From NCBI RefSeq assembly GCF_006345805.1, contig NC_043005.1, positions 54,560,001 to 54,624,000 on the forward strand: DNA of 64,000 bases. The letters are read 5' to 3'. The DNA is from Octopus sinensis. Lineage: Eukaryota. Positions 10,331 to 23,019 of this stretch are shown piece after piece. Under the pieces are notes generated by a model. The model was given only the letters and a program-made list of their open reading frames with translations. It had not been told where the DNA came from and did not search any database. The translations under genes were made by a program, and so were the position numbers. Each line of letters begins with the position of its first letter. Positions within the stretch are counted from its first letter, which is position 1.

Positions 10331-11921
10331 TGCTTGTTTAATTTTTACATCAAACATATACTAACCCTTGAATCAGGTGAAAATACCTATATATATAATT
10401 TCTTTTCTGGTTTTCAATAGGCAAGTTTTTATAGCCACAAACAGTAAAAATATACTTGAGGGACTATACTTGATTAAATGTATTAATGGATTAATGACAA
10501 GACTAAGTTTCAGTAGTTTTATAGTAAATCATTTTTATTAGCCCTTTTACATTAGCAAATATAGGGCTTTGGGATTCACTTGTGCCTGAATCCTTTGATT
10601 AAAGAAAAAAATCCTGTAAATTATTTCCCATTAGGCAATCTCTAATCAACAACTGAACCTTGAATCAATAGTAGAGGGGATAAAGATATTAGCTTTTTTG
10701 CGGTCTTTTATTAATTTTATTATTATATTTTTTTTTATCCTGCTTTGATATAAAGAAGTTATGGCAACTAAGAGGTGTCAGCTGTCTGAACTAATGAATT
10801 TTATTGTAAATATATTACTATTTTTTTTATGCCCGTTCTTCTGTTTCTTTTTATGCTTGTTATTCTATTTTTGAGCTCTTAGAATTCACAGTTCGGTTTT
10901 GTAACAGACATCAATTTTGTTCATTTAAAGTATCTTTAACATTTGCTTTGTATATTCCTATTTGCTAAATTGGAGATAGCTTATCTGTTAAAATACAGAC
11001 TAATGCTCCATTTTGTTTTAATATATTTTTTTTAATAATAAAGATAATTTTTTTTTTAAAGAAATAAGTTTATTGTCTGTTTACTTTTCTCTTTCTCTCT
11101 CTCTCACCTTTTTTTTTAAAACACTAAGAAATACAACTTCTTAAGATTTTGAAGTGTTACAAAATTAATGGAAAATTGTAAATCATTTATCATATGGGTT
11201 GGTTTGGTAAAAATAGGAACTAGACTGGTACAAGATTTCCTAAGTACTTAGCATAAATAAGAGATGCATTTCCCAAAATATTTCTGATCCAATCTATTCA
11301 TTATCATCATGACCTGGTATATCTAGTAGGAAGCAATTATATCAAAACACAACAATAATTGCTAATATAGATTGTATTAAAACCTATTAATAACGTTCTC
11401 GAGATTTTCTTTTGTCTACGAAAAGTTCTTCTATACATTCGCTGAAGAATTTGATTATAGTTTTGAAGAGATATCAAGTGGTTTTAAAGTCGAAAAGGAA
11501 ATACTTTACAGAATTATGAAATTACAAAGAGTTAGTTTCATGGTAGAGTGTGCAAACAATAACCATTATGGCTTCTTGCTCTGAATTTTGCTGCCTTCAT
11601 TCTGTGACTTTATGACCATTAATCAGGAGTCATATCTAGCCTTATCTGCCAAGTTTAGTCAGAGAATTTAGTTATTTGATGTACAATATTAGATGATATA
11701 TTTATGTGTTTTGTATTCACATGACTCTGATTTGTCTTACATGAATTTGTCACTACAGACTAGGACCATGAGATAAGACTATTATTAAAACTAGTATACT
11801 TTTTCTTTTTTTTTTGACATTTCTCTTAACTGCTTATTATTTCGTCGATTCCCAATTCCTTCACTAATGATCTCCTTACAAGCGAGCGTTTTTAACCCTA
11901 TATGTGCCATTTATTCAGAGA

Positions 11922-12240
11922 GTCACTTTACAGTCATTCTAAATAGCAGCCAAATCTCTCTCAAATCACACCCTACTGTCTAAACGGGGGGAAAAAAAAT
12001 TAAGGATGATTTAGATAATGTCATCTCAGATACATTATATCTGTATAAATTGTAGGATGGTCTTGGAAGGAATGCTTTTGATCATACAGCTGCTTGATCA
12101 AGGTTGACTTGGGTTTAAACAACAACAACAATAACAACTATTGTTTTTGTTGTTGTTGTACACCTCCAAGAATGCCTTTGATCGTTGGTGTGTTTGATCA
12201 AGGTTGACCTGGGGTTAAACAACAACAGCAACAACAAGAA
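11922..12240 (+). mobile_element. Unclassified retroposon (family E) with (AAC)n tail; tail segment duplicated
   Basis: AAATAGCAGCCAAATCTCTCTCAAATCACAC also near 38085 and 42295; GAATGC..TTGATC...TTGATCAAGGTTGAC..GGG.TTAAACAACAAC occurs twice. Confidence 0.6.
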
Positions 12241-12574
12241 CTATTGTTATGTTGCACCTCTCCACTTCATGCTGCCGCTTTCACTGAAGTCTCTTTATTC
12301 CTTATCTCAACAACACTTTTACCTCCTAATATCATTTACAATTGATCAGCAAAAACTGTTATCACATACTTCATAATAAATCTGACAACATGGTAATATT
12401 TTACAATAATGATTTTTCAGATGGTCAGATTCATTAAAGCTTTGCTTTCTCTGAGTTACTTTTGGTGGTAGGGAACGACTGGTTAGTCGAGGAGGGAAGG
12501 GCAGGGTGGTGGTGCCTATGATACTTTGATTTTGCAGGGATTCCAAGATTGGTGGGTAAAAGGAATGAAATTAT

Positions 12575-12860
12575 TCAAATGGTCATCGATCTGGCTTGAA
12601 TTCAAACAACAAAAGGGTAAACTTTACTAAAGGCACCCAAAGACCACGTGGTGGTGTTAACTGAGTAATAGATTAAGCCCCCCCCCCCTCAGTCTCCCCA
12701 CCCAACCCCACCATCAAGTGGTGGCCATTTAATTTAATTCAAATAGCCATTGATCTGGCTCGAATTCTGACAACAACAGGGTAAACTCTACTAAAGGCAC
12801 CCAAAGACCACATGGTAGGGAGTGATAGATTAAGTCTTCCTCACCCTCAAGTTGTGGCCC
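12575..12860. repeat. Two-unit tandem duplication (period ~160 bp)
   Basis: TTCAAAT.G.CAT.GATCTGGCT.GAATTC...GGGTAAACT.TACTAAAGGCACCCAAAGACCAC.TGGT occurs twice. Confidence 0.85.
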
Positions 12861-13011
12861 TTTATGATCTGAGTTCAAATACCAGTGAGGTCAACTTCAT
12901 TTGTCATGCTTCTTGAGTCAATAAAACGCAGTACCAGTCAAATACTGGAGTCAATTTAATCGTCGACACCGTCCTCTCTCAAAACATGTGGACTTGTGCC
13001 AATGTTAGACC

Positions 13012-13258
13012 TTGCACCCTTTTAAAGCCTAGCCAGGCTCATGGGCCTAGTGTCCCGGTTTCAATGGTGTATGTGTTCCCCAGCTGGACAGGATGCCAGT
13101 TCATTACAGCGTTACTCATTTTTGCCAGCTGAGTGGACTGGAGCAACGGGAAATGAAGTGTTTTGCTCAAGAACACAATGCATCACCCAGTCCAGGAATC
13201 GAAACCACAATCTTACAATCATGATGCTGACACTCTAACCACTAAGCCATGTGCCTAC
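13012..13258 (-). mobile_element. SINE family A2
   Basis: CCCTTTTAAAGCCTAGCCAGGCTCATGGG...CCCAGTCCAGGAATCGAAACC...CTAACCACTAAGCC. Confidence 0.85.
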
Positions 13259-13584
13259 ATGCCAATGTTAAACATTAACCCGTATATACTCCTGGTCACG
13301 TTTTCACAACACAAAACCTGCTCCTAATTGTTTGGACATGAACTTGCCAGGAAGCATCTGACTGAGAATATGAAATGTTCAGTAGGTAGTCGACACCCAT
13401 AGCTAACAGTTGTATACTGTCCTTCCATTCCAGATTGTTAAAGCTTACCATAACTTTTAATCTAAATACAGTGAGATTTTAAGACATCATTTTTTTATGA
13501 ACATATATGGGTTAATATTTTACAATAGTAAGATGGCAAGTTGGTAGAATTGTATTGTCCTTGCTGTACAAAATACTTATTTGT

Positions 13585-13858
13585 GGCAAGCTGGCAGACT
13601 TGTTAGCACACCTGGTGAAATGCTTAGCAGTATTTCACCCATCGCTATGTTCTGAGTTCAAATTCCACTGAGGTCGGTTTTGGCTTTCATCCTTTTGGGG
13701 TTGATAAATTAAGTACCAGTGAAACACTGGGATCAATGTAATCAATTTAATTCATCCCTGCAAATTTCAGGCCTTGTGCCTATAGCAGAAAATGTTCTAA
13801 GTCAAAATACTACTGAGGTCCATTTCAACCTTTCAGGGAGCAATAAAATTAGTAAGTA

Positions 13859-13860
<2 letters not shown>
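13585..13860 (+). mobile_element. SINE family C (Deu/Nin-like core) plus partial second unit
   Basis: CTGAGTTCAAATTCC..GAGGTC...CTTTCATCCTTTTGGGGTTGATAAATTAAGTACCAG resembles the Deu/Nin SINE core. Confidence 0.75.
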
Positions 13861-13923
<63 letters not shown>

Positions 13924-13934
13924 TATATATATAC

Positions 13935-13970
<36 letters not shown>

Positions 13971-14578
13971 CAGTGGGACTCCAGTACTCAGGCTATTTGG
14001 GCTTAGCCTGACTTCAAGTATGTAATTGTAACCCATAACTCAGGAGACCTTTCATTGAGCCTGGTCACAGTTCATTTATTTTCATTCAGTGCCTGGTGGT
14101 TGTCTTAGAGGTGCCCTGTGTCAAGAAATATCATTCGTAGCAGACATTCCCTTGACATCGTCCACACATGCCTGACTCAGACGCAGAAGCTACAGCCTAA
14201 GTTGTCATCTATAATCGTAAACATTAAAAGTATTTCAAATTCAATGTTTTCTTGAAACAATAAATTTCAATAGAGATTAGGATTTAAATTCCAATCCATG
14301 AAAAGTTTCTGTTCTAAAACATTCTTAAAGGAATGAAAAATTCTTCCGCAACTCAGGTTAATACAAACGAGTTTGGTAGGTGTAAAAGACTAACTGGCAT
14401 CTCTTGTCAAGAGTACAAGGGACAGTCAGATTACTGATGTTTGTTGTGTGCTCCTCTGTCATTATTTGATTGCTGTTGTTCTGTACATCTGTGTGTAAAG
14501 ATCAGTTATGTTTTATAGGGTTGCTTTATTTTTACCCTTAACATAGAAATGGAGAAAAACACAGTACTAGATATAAAA

Positions 14579-14945
14579 AAAACCTGGGACGAGGTGGTGA
14601 AGCACGACCTTCGAACTTTAGGTCTCACCAAGGAAATGACTAGAGACCAAGACCTATGGAAGTATGCTGTGTGGGAGAAGACCCAGCAAGACTAGTGAGA
14701 ACATAACCTGTGGCCTACATACCTTTCCTTCTTGGGACACAAAACTCCACTTGTGAAGACCCGTTGAGGCAAGTGAAAATCAAACTTAAAATCAAAATCA
14801 AACCAAATCAAATCCGATATCAGAAAGCAGAACCAAAATCGAAGTCGATCAACATCAATGGAAATTGCAGCTGTGGTACCAGTGCCTGTGACAAGTAAGC
14901 GAACCATCCATCGTGGCCGTTGCCAGCACCGCCCCGACTGGCCTC
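14579..14945 (+). mobile_element. RTE LINE ORF2 C-terminus (14579-14695) and start of 3' UTR
   Basis: Translates KTWDEVVKHDLRTLGLTKEMTRDQDLWKYAVWEKTQQD*, typical of RTE ORF2 ends; UTR matches 7935-8200. Confidence 0.8.
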
Positions 14946-15131
14946 CAATACATCAATACATTTGGGGCTAGAGATATTGCGAAAAAATGTGAAATTTTTC
15001 AAGCAGGCATGTGTTTTATGTGAATTTTGGGAGGAGCCCGAGTGATGAAATCTGTAATGAGCCCAAGTGACACGGATGACTGGAGTCACCTTTGATATAT
15101 GTACACACACACACACATATACACATATACA

Positions 15132-15400
15132 TACAAGTTGTTTGGACTAAATTTGACGATATTTTATGCCCTCTTTTCAGAAACAGTCAAGTGCATGGGT
15201 GGGGCAATGGCACTTGAGATATTGGGGAAAAAATTAAGCTGACATGGAGGACTGGAAACCATTTGAATATTGGAAATCAGTCACCTACATCATAAGGATT
15301 CATGCCAGGCATCAAAATGCCAACATCATCTCTGCTACTCAATGTTCTGCGAAGTCTATAAATGTCCATGGATAGATGCAGCAGAGACATATGTAATGTT
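15132..15400 (+). mobile_element. Tc1/maT-like transposon 5' fragment
   Basis: TA-CAAGTTGTTTGGACTAAATTT end and peptide MEDWKPFEYWKSVTYIIRIHARHQNANIISATQCS, homologous to the element at 40085-40840. Confidence 0.65.
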
Positions 15401-16095
15401 TCACATAAACCACACCACTGTTGAATTAGGGAGCACACGAATATAGCAATTGTTTTGACAATTACCTGTATATAGAGGAGTTTTTGTTTCTATCTAGGTC
15501 TTTTGATAGAAACGATGGAGATTTAGGTATTGTAAAAGCAATACGTATTAAACATTTGCAAAAACAGATTAAAAATCACCTTAAGCTTCTAAAACTGTCA
15601 ATAGGTTATTGTACGATTTGAATAACACTGCAATCTCATTCATATGAACACACACATCATCATTGTCATCATCATCATCATCATCATCATCATCGTCGTC
15701 GTCATCATCATCAGTTACAACAGTGGTATTAACATACAGTATACCTCTGCACATGTCATAATTAATTTTGTGTTGTTTACAATTTACCTATTGGTTCAAG
15801 ATTAGTGTTAGTTTAAATGAAAATGCAGAAGAAATATATATTGTTCTCCGACTTTTGCATTGTGACCTGTCTTTTATAAACTTCATATTTATATATTTAT
15901 ATATTAAGATGATAGTGACTCATGTAAACAACCACATCTTACAATATATGTAGTAAGTTATTTGTGGTAAACAAACTTTTCCTGAAATTCGAATGGTATT
16001 GTCTGACATTTTTGTAGTATTTATAGCTATATCAATGCAATAGAAAAGATTTTCTTGTGAATCATAAAACCAAAATGGTAATAATTATCAATATC

Positions 16096-16315
16096 TTAAC
16101 ACTTTTGTTACAATATTTCTGTAGAAACATACCGTCATTGTTTCAATTAATTTAGAAAATAATGAATTCAGTAAAATAACTGTGATTATGAAGCTGGTGT
16201 TTGGAACTTAAGTTACCATCTGTTGATTCTTTTCATTTAGATCACTTTAAAACAAAAAAGTTTGTATCATAGAACCAAGAGCAGACTCAGGAAGGCTGAT
16301 ATCTAAAATGGTTAA
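16096..16315. mobile_element. TTAA-flanked MITE (piggyBac-like ends), degenerate
   Basis: TTAACACTTTTGTTAC ... GATATCTAAAATGGTTAA; imperfect TIRs bounded by TTAA. Confidence 0.5.
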
Positions 16316-16359
16316 GCTAATCCTAAGTGGCATTATTTTTCAAGCTATTTGCTTCTCTT

Positions 16360-16915
16360 CAGTGGCTGAGCATTCCACAGACACATGTACACATCTCAGG
16401 TAAATTCAGTGTGACAGATACTGTGACAAGGCTGGCCCTTTAAAATACAGGTATAGCTCATTTTTGCCAGTTGAGTGAAATGGAACATCATCATCATCAT
16501 CATCATTTAACGTCTGTTGTCCATGCTGGCATGGGTTGGACAGTTTGACTGAGCTGGCACACTGGAAGGCTGTACCAGGCTCCAGTCTGATTTGACATGA
16601 TTTTCTAAAACTTGATGCCCTTCCTAACACCAGCCACACCAAGAGTGTAATAGGTGCTTTTACGTGCCACCAGCAGGGGTGCCATTTGCATGACACCGGT
16701 ATCTGCCATGACTGAGATTTTGCTTGGCTTAATGGTTGTTCTTCTCCAGCATGACATAATGCCAAAGCTCTTGGTCATTGCCTCCGTGAGGCCCAACGCT
16801 GTGAAAAAAAGTGAAAAATATCTTGCTCAAGAACGCAATGTGCCACTGGGAATTGAACTCATGACCTTACAATTGTGAACCAAATACCCCTAACCACTAA
16901 GCCACATGCCTTCAC
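16360..16915 (-). mobile_element. SINE family D interrupted by an RTE 3' fragment (16487-16800)
   Basis: D core stops at GAGTGAAATGGAA, RTE (CAT)n tail and UTR follow, D resumes at GTGAAA...CTTGCTCAAG through to its tRNA head. Confidence 0.8.
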
Positions 16916-17049
16916 CATTACTCATTATAGTAAGTCAGATTAAATTACTATATTAAAAGGAGAGATATGAAGACCAAAATTAAGATATATAATTAGAAAT
17001 GTTAATAAAAGATGGAAAGGAGAAATAGATAATAGAAAACCATATTCAG

Positions 17050-18230
17050 TGACTTAACAATAATTTAAATAATGCAAGAATAGTTAAATATAGTAGGAAT
17101 TCATGAGGCAGAGAATTCCGTATTGTTATGGTGATAGAAGGTAATAATCATTGGGGTGTCTAAGATAATGAGATTATTGTGTGCATGTAATAGATCTGTG
17201 TAAATTAGGAAAATTAATATATGAGGGCAAGAAAAAAAATTATGTTGTGGAAGAGAGTTAATATTATGAAAAATAATATACAAATACAGTTGATAGTGAT
17301 TTGTTTGAATTATAGTAACAAGGTATGTTACCAAAATATTGATTTACTGTTAGATAGAGGTATGTGATTCTAATTATAAAGGCTTGGTTTTAGAATCTGT
17401 GTTATGGAGGGAAGAGAGATCTATACATATAATGGGTGTGGTTTAGGTTATTATTGTGTGGCTTTTGTTATATGAGGGGAGTATATGAGTGGGTATATGT
17501 AGTGATATAAGAATTAGTTGAATGTTGGATTTATAATGGGGAGAGAAGAGTATTTTTTTTTCAGGAGTATTGAGCATAATGTATCCATAGATGCATACTG
17601 GTGGAGGCACATGGCCTAGTGGTTAGAGCAGCGGATTCGTGGTTGAGGGATCATGGGTTCGAATCTCAGACCAGGCGGTGTGTGTGTTAATGAGTGAAAC
17701 ACCTAAGCACCATGTGGCTCCAGCAGAAGGTAACAGCGAACTTCAGCTGACTCTTTCACCACAACTTTCTCTCACTCTTTCCTCCTGCATCTTGCAGCTC
17801 ACCTGCGACGGGCTGGCGTACCATCCAGGTGGGGAACATATATGCCAAGGAAACCAGGAAACCAGCCCTTATGAGCCAGGCATGGCTTGAGAAGGAACAA
17901 ACATAGATGCATACTGTGAAATGTAATATTGAATATTCTTTGAGTTTATGATAAATACATGATGTAAAAGAGAATTGGCTTTTGATGAGCGTTAGTGTAT
18001 GCAGACGTTAAAATTAGACATTTAGTAAGATGTTGATAATTAGCAAGATATTGTTAATTTCTAAACAGTGAGTTATGATTAAAATACAATATTATGCAAA
18101 ATTCCATGGAAAAAATTGCATAGCTAGTAAAATATACATAATTTGCAAAAGGAAGGGAATATTAATGAGAAAGAGGGAAAAAAATGGATCAAAGTTGAAA
18201 AGAAATATCTGGAGTATGAATAACAAGCAA
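17050..18230 (+). repeat. Left arm of an old ~0.9 kb inverted duplication (partner 21650-22460)
   Basis: CAAATACAGTTGATAGTGATTTGTTTGAATTATAGTAACAAGGTATGTTACCAAAATATTGATTTACTGTTAG is the near reverse complement of 22190-22262; homology extends both ways. Confidence 0.85.
17601..17901 (+). mobile_element. tRNA-headed SINE (family A variant) with 15-bp TSD
   Basis: TSD CATAGATGCATACTG at 17586-17600 and 17902-17916. Confidence 0.9.
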
Positions 18231-18378
18231 GTAAATACTTTGATCATTCTTTGTTTCTTTATTTTCTTTTCTTTTCTTTCTTTTAACAAATAATTTAACT
18301 GAGTTACAGTTTGAAGTTTTCTAAATGCGTTAGTGAATAAAACAATAAGTAACAAGTAATATCTAAAGAAATTTGTCA

Positions 18379-18795
18379 TAGGCATAGGAGTGGCTGTGTG
18401 GTATGTAGCTTGCTTATGAACCACATGGTTCCGGGTTCAGTCCCACTGCATGGCACCTAGGGGAAGTGTCTTCTACTATAGCCTTGGGCTGACCAAAGCC
18501 TTGTGAGTGGATATGTTAGATGGAAACTGAAAGAAGCCCTTCGTATATATATATATATGTATGTATGTGTGTGTGTATATATGTTTGTGTCTGTGTTTGT
18601 ACCCTTCAACATCGCTTGACAACTGATGCTGGTGTGATTACGTCCCCGTAACTTAGCGGTTCAGCAAAAGAGACTGATAGAATAAGTACTAGGCTTACAA
18701 AGAATAAGTCCTGGGTTCAATTTGCTCGACTAAATGCGGTGCCCCAGCATGGCCACAGTCAAATGACTAAAACAGGTAAAAGAGTAAAAGAGAGT
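18379..18795 (+). mobile_element. SINE family B, full length
   Basis: GGCTGTGTGGTATGTAGC head, GGTTCAGTCCC B box, internal (TA)/(TG), CR1-like tail GCGGTGCCCCAGCATGGCC. Confidence 0.9.
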
Positions 18796-19154
18796 AAAAT
18801 GTTCACCTCATGGTCCCAGAAAAGTAGAGATACCCGTGCCAGTAGAATATATATAAAAACAAAAGACAGCTCTATTTAAAATCAAAAATACAGTAACTTA
18901 AAGAAAGAATGAATGCTAAATGGTAGTTATATTACTCAAATATAAAGATATACAAATGTAGGGGCATTGTCAAAAATGCTGTTAGGAATGAATATATGAA
19001 TAAATAATCGAATACAAATATGAGTGTGTGAGTGTATGACAATAGATATTTACTTGAATATGCATGTTTTAGTATTTAGTGCAAAATGGTTTCCACAGTT
19101 TAAAAGACTGTTGCAATTATTCAGGGTATACATGCAAGTGTTGTGTGTATGTTT

Positions 19155-19550
19155 ATTCTTTTACTCTTTTACTTGTTTCAGTCATTTGACTGTGGCCATG
19201 CTGGAGCACCACCTTTAGTCAAGCAAATCGATCCCAGGACTTATTCTTTGTAAGCCTAGTAAGACTAGTAACCGCTAAGTTATAGGGACATAACCACACC
19301 ACCATCGGTTGTCAAGCGATGTTGTGGGGACAAACACAGACACACAAACTTATACACACACACACACATATATATACATATATACGATGGGCTTCTTTTA
19401 GTTTCTGCCTACCAAATTCACTCACAAGGCATTGGTCGACCCAAGACTATAGTAGAAGACACTTGCCCAAGGTGCAACGCAGTGGGAATGAACCCGGAAG
19501 CTTGCGGTTGGTAAGCAAGCTACTTACCACACAGCCACTCCTACGCCTGT
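19155..19550 (-). mobile_element. SINE family B, near full length with internal deletion
   Basis: Reverse complement of the family B pattern; inverted relative to 18379-18795. Confidence 0.9.
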
Positions 19551-20654
19551 GTATGTTTATGATATATCAATGCTTTAAAAATGTTGAAATGTTTTGAATG
19601 TTCTATATTGGCAAGAAGATATGCATTCAAAAAGTTTGTTAAAGCATTCTGGCTTCACAAAAATGATTTCAAACCTTTCATTTCTGCAAAGATGTCAAGG
19701 TCTTTCGTTTTTGATTTTGTCTTTGTTTTTCTTCCTTTTCCTTTTTACTCTTTTTGGCTTGTACAAAATTAGGCAACAGTAAACAAAAAGACCCTCCATC
19801 TTTCATTTTAAGTTGTGAAAAATATTTTTACTTTTGATTTTTATATGAATTTGTAAAATGGATTGTCATTCTCTTTTCCTTGTAGAACATAAGAGAAGAC
19901 TAGGAGTGTCTAAATCTGAAAATATTTGAGTGAGACTTATAAATACTCTGGAAAAATGAATTTCTGCTATTACCTGGTGTAGAGTATCTATAAATTTTCA
20001 GACAATTACTAAAATGGATGTAAATGCACTCCTGTTACTGAAATAAATGTATGGCTGGATGTGGTTCAGACTGGTTGGAATTAGTAAGGCTTTCTGTAAA
20101 ATTTGTTGTTGAATTTAAAATTTTAATTTAAATATTTTATAGTATTTGTCTTATGAGGGAATATTTTCTTAATAGGATAATGAAAATTTTCACAACTTGT
20201 GTGGTGTGGGTGATTAGACCAAATAGTTTTTCTTTTTTTTGTTAGCACTTCTAGCCTTATTGATATTTTGTGTACAGTTAATTTTCTCCTGGAATCTTCC
20301 ACAGATGGCATCATGATTATAAAAACTCAAAGAATCCTTAAAGATTTGTTAATTTACAGTGATGTTATTATTAAGTACAATCTTTCTTTCATATTATCTG
20401 TAGCAACACTAGTCAGGAAAATATACTTTACCCTATTAAAGAATCATTTCCTCACACAACAAAAACACTGCACAACATTTAACAAAAATAAAACATTAAA
20501 ATTCAATACTTAAGAATGCCAAAATTTTCACAAAACTTTGCCAATTCCAGCTAATATGAATCAATTTCTACATAATTTTATTACCAGCAGTTGCAATTTC
20601 ATTTACTCTAACAACACAGACCATTAGACAGTAAATGCTAGGTAAGTGTAAAAG

Positions 20655-20910
20655 AAAATAAATGCGCCCTTTTTAAAGCCTAGCCGGGCACATGGGCCTG
20701 GTTTCATGGTTTCTATGGCGTATCTGTTCCCCAGCTGGACAGGACGCCAGTCCATTGCAGGATTACTCATTTTTGCCAGCTGAGTGAACTGGAGCAACAT
20801 GAAATGAAGTGTTTTGCTCAAGAACACAACGCATCACCTGGTCCAGGAATCGAAACCACAATCTTACGATTATGATGCTGACACCCTAACCACTAAGCCA
20901 TGCGCTTCCA
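20655..20910 (-). mobile_element. SINE family A2
   Basis: AAATAAATGCGCCCTTTTTAAAGCC...CCCTAACCACTAAGCCATGCGCTTCCAC. Confidence 0.9.
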
Positions 20911-21129
20911 CCCAGGTAAATGTTGACACTAATAACCTTTTTTGAGGGTATAAAAATAATCTGAGACTGAATCATTTCTGAATTTAAATACCATCTGTAT
21001 ATCCATACTGTCTGCAATTAAAATAGAAGTAATACCATTCCAGTTCCTTAGAACTGAATTCCTTAGAACTGAATGCTACCTGTAATTCATCTTTGACGAA
21101 GTGTATGCGAGTTGCAATATTCTTCTTGT

Positions 21130-21420
21130 ATTTTGCACTCTGAGGTCAACTTTTCCTTTCACTCTTTTGCAGTCAATATATACAGTATTGGTAAGGTAAT
21201 GAGCTGGCAGAATCACTAGTATTCTGGGCAAAATTCTCAGTGGCATGTCATCCATCTTTACATTTGGGGTTCAAATTCTATTGAGGTTGACTTTGCCTTT
21301 CATCCTTTTTGAGATTGACAAAATTATTACTAATTGAGCACTGGTGTAGATGTAATCGACTTACCTCCCTTCCCCTGAAATTGCTGGCCTTGTTACAAAA
21401 TTTGAAACCAATATCTACAG
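21130..21420 (+). mobile_element. SINE family C, partial plus full unit
   Basis: GAGGTCAACTTTTCCTTTCA and GAGGTTGACTTTGCCTTTCATCC cores. Confidence 0.7.
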
Positions 21421-21649
21421 TATCAATCAAGTACAAATACAGTCCTCTCTCTCTCTCTAAATTTTATACCCTCTAACTTTCATGATAGAAGCAAAAGGGT
21501 GGCCCTCTTTATTAGCAACTATATGGGCACTAAAAAAACGTTGACTAAACCATGGTACATTCTGATAGAAAGCTTTTCTTGTTTGCAAGAGACAGCCATT
21601 AGCAAATATACTTTCTTTAGCTTTATATATATATTTTTTATAAAGATTT

Positions 21650-22460
21650 GAGGGGGAAGGGTTCCATATATTCATCAGATCTACATATTTCCAATCTGTT
21701 GTACATTTTAAATTTGCATCATTCTTCTTTGCCTTTGCTCATTAATTTCCTCCTTTCCTTTTTAATTATTCAGTTTTTTTTTTTTAATCATACAGATTTT
21801 TCCATAGTAAACTTTTAATGCATTAATTTTACCTTGTACTTGCACTAAATTTTATCAAAACCCCGGTTTCTTCTTCTGTATTTCAAATTTAACTTAAAAC
21901 ACAAAAATATTCGATATTACACATGATTATATTGTATAACGACAGTATTCATCTACAAGTACATTATATTCATTTCCCTTTCTGAAAAAAAAAAAATACT
22001 CCTCTACCTATCACAAATCTAACATTCACCTAATTTCTTCTTCCCTCCATACTCTACTGAACCGATATACCAAAACCATGTGATTGTAATCTAAACCACA
22101 CCCATCATGTTTATAGAGCTTGCTCTTCCCTGCATAAGATCACAGATATTAAAACAACACCCTTACGATTAGAATCACATATCTCTTTCTAACAGTAAAT
22201 CAATATTTTGATAACACACCTTGTTACTATAATTCAAACAAATCACTAACAACTGTATTTGTTTTGTACACTATGTTCCATTACATCAACTGTCTTTTAC
22301 AAAATAATTTATATCTTGCACTCTTACATGAATGTCTCTACTATACTTTAATTAATTATACACACACACATACACACACATTGAAACTGTTTATTATCTG
22401 ATGTATAAACCATAACAATATTGAATCTCATTCCTGTGATTTCTTGCTATTGTCAACAAT
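21650..22460 (-). repeat. Right arm of the old inverted duplication (partner 17050-18230)
   Basis: See partner; lacks the SINE inserted in the left arm. Confidence 0.85.
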
Positions 22461-22575
22461 TTTGTTATATACAAGGTACATTCCAGAAGTTTTGAGACGT
22501 TTTTCTTAGGAGAGGCAGTTATAACTGTCTTAGGTCATTGCAATTTTAATAATTTTAGTACATCATTACTATAGT

Positions 22576-22878
22576 TGAGGCGCAATGGCCCAGTGGTTAG
22601 GGCACTGGACTCGCGGTCGGAGGATCGCGGTTTCAATTCCCAGACTGACGTTGCATGTGTTTATTGAGCGAAAACACCTAAAAGAGCTCCACGAGGCTCT
22701 GGCAAGAGGTGGTGATGACCCCTGTTGTACTCTTTCGCTACAACTTTCTCTCACTCTCTCTTTCTGTTTCTTGAGTAATGCTGCGATGGACTGGCATCCC
22801 ATCCAGCTGGGGAGAACACATATGCCACAGAAGCCGGAAAACTGGGCCCATGAGTCTGGCTAGGCTTTAAAAGGGCAA
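22576..22878 (+). mobile_element. tRNA-headed SINE family A, full length
   Basis: GAGGCGCAATGGCCCAGTGGTTAGGGCACTGG...GGTTTCAATTCCC...GGCTAGGCTTTAAAAGGGC. Confidence 0.9.
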
Positions 22879-23019
22879 CATTATTTCATTACTATACACT
22901 GAATAAGCTGACCTGTGAATTTTTGTTTTTCCAGATTGAAGGAGATGGCTGTAAAACCATTTTGAATACATTCTGCTAAACAGTGCATGTCACAGCTGAC
23001 TAGTTTGCAGAATGCAGTC

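Noticed and set aside
11365-11582. Stop-free frame containing FAEEFDYSFEEISSGFKVEKE
   Set aside because: No in-frame acceptor or start and no recognisable family
15498-15604. Candidate exon SFDRNDGDLGIVKAIRIKHLQKQIK after a good acceptor
   Set aside because: Donor sites are weak, there is no partner exon and no recognisable homology; it needs RNA-seq
16325-16365. CUGAAGA GAAGC...GCUU GAAA on the minus strand
   Set aside because: It spans a SINE junction and has no stem I or cleavage triplet, so is probably coincidental
19886-20060. Candidate terminal exon (strong acceptor, HKRRLGVSKSENI*, AATAAA downstream)
   Set aside because: Such signals are common in AT-rich DNA and there is no upstream gene support
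22578-22650. tRNA-like heads of SINE families A, B, C and D as tRNA genes
   Set aside because: They have A and B boxes but no complete cloverleaf and continue into SINE bodies
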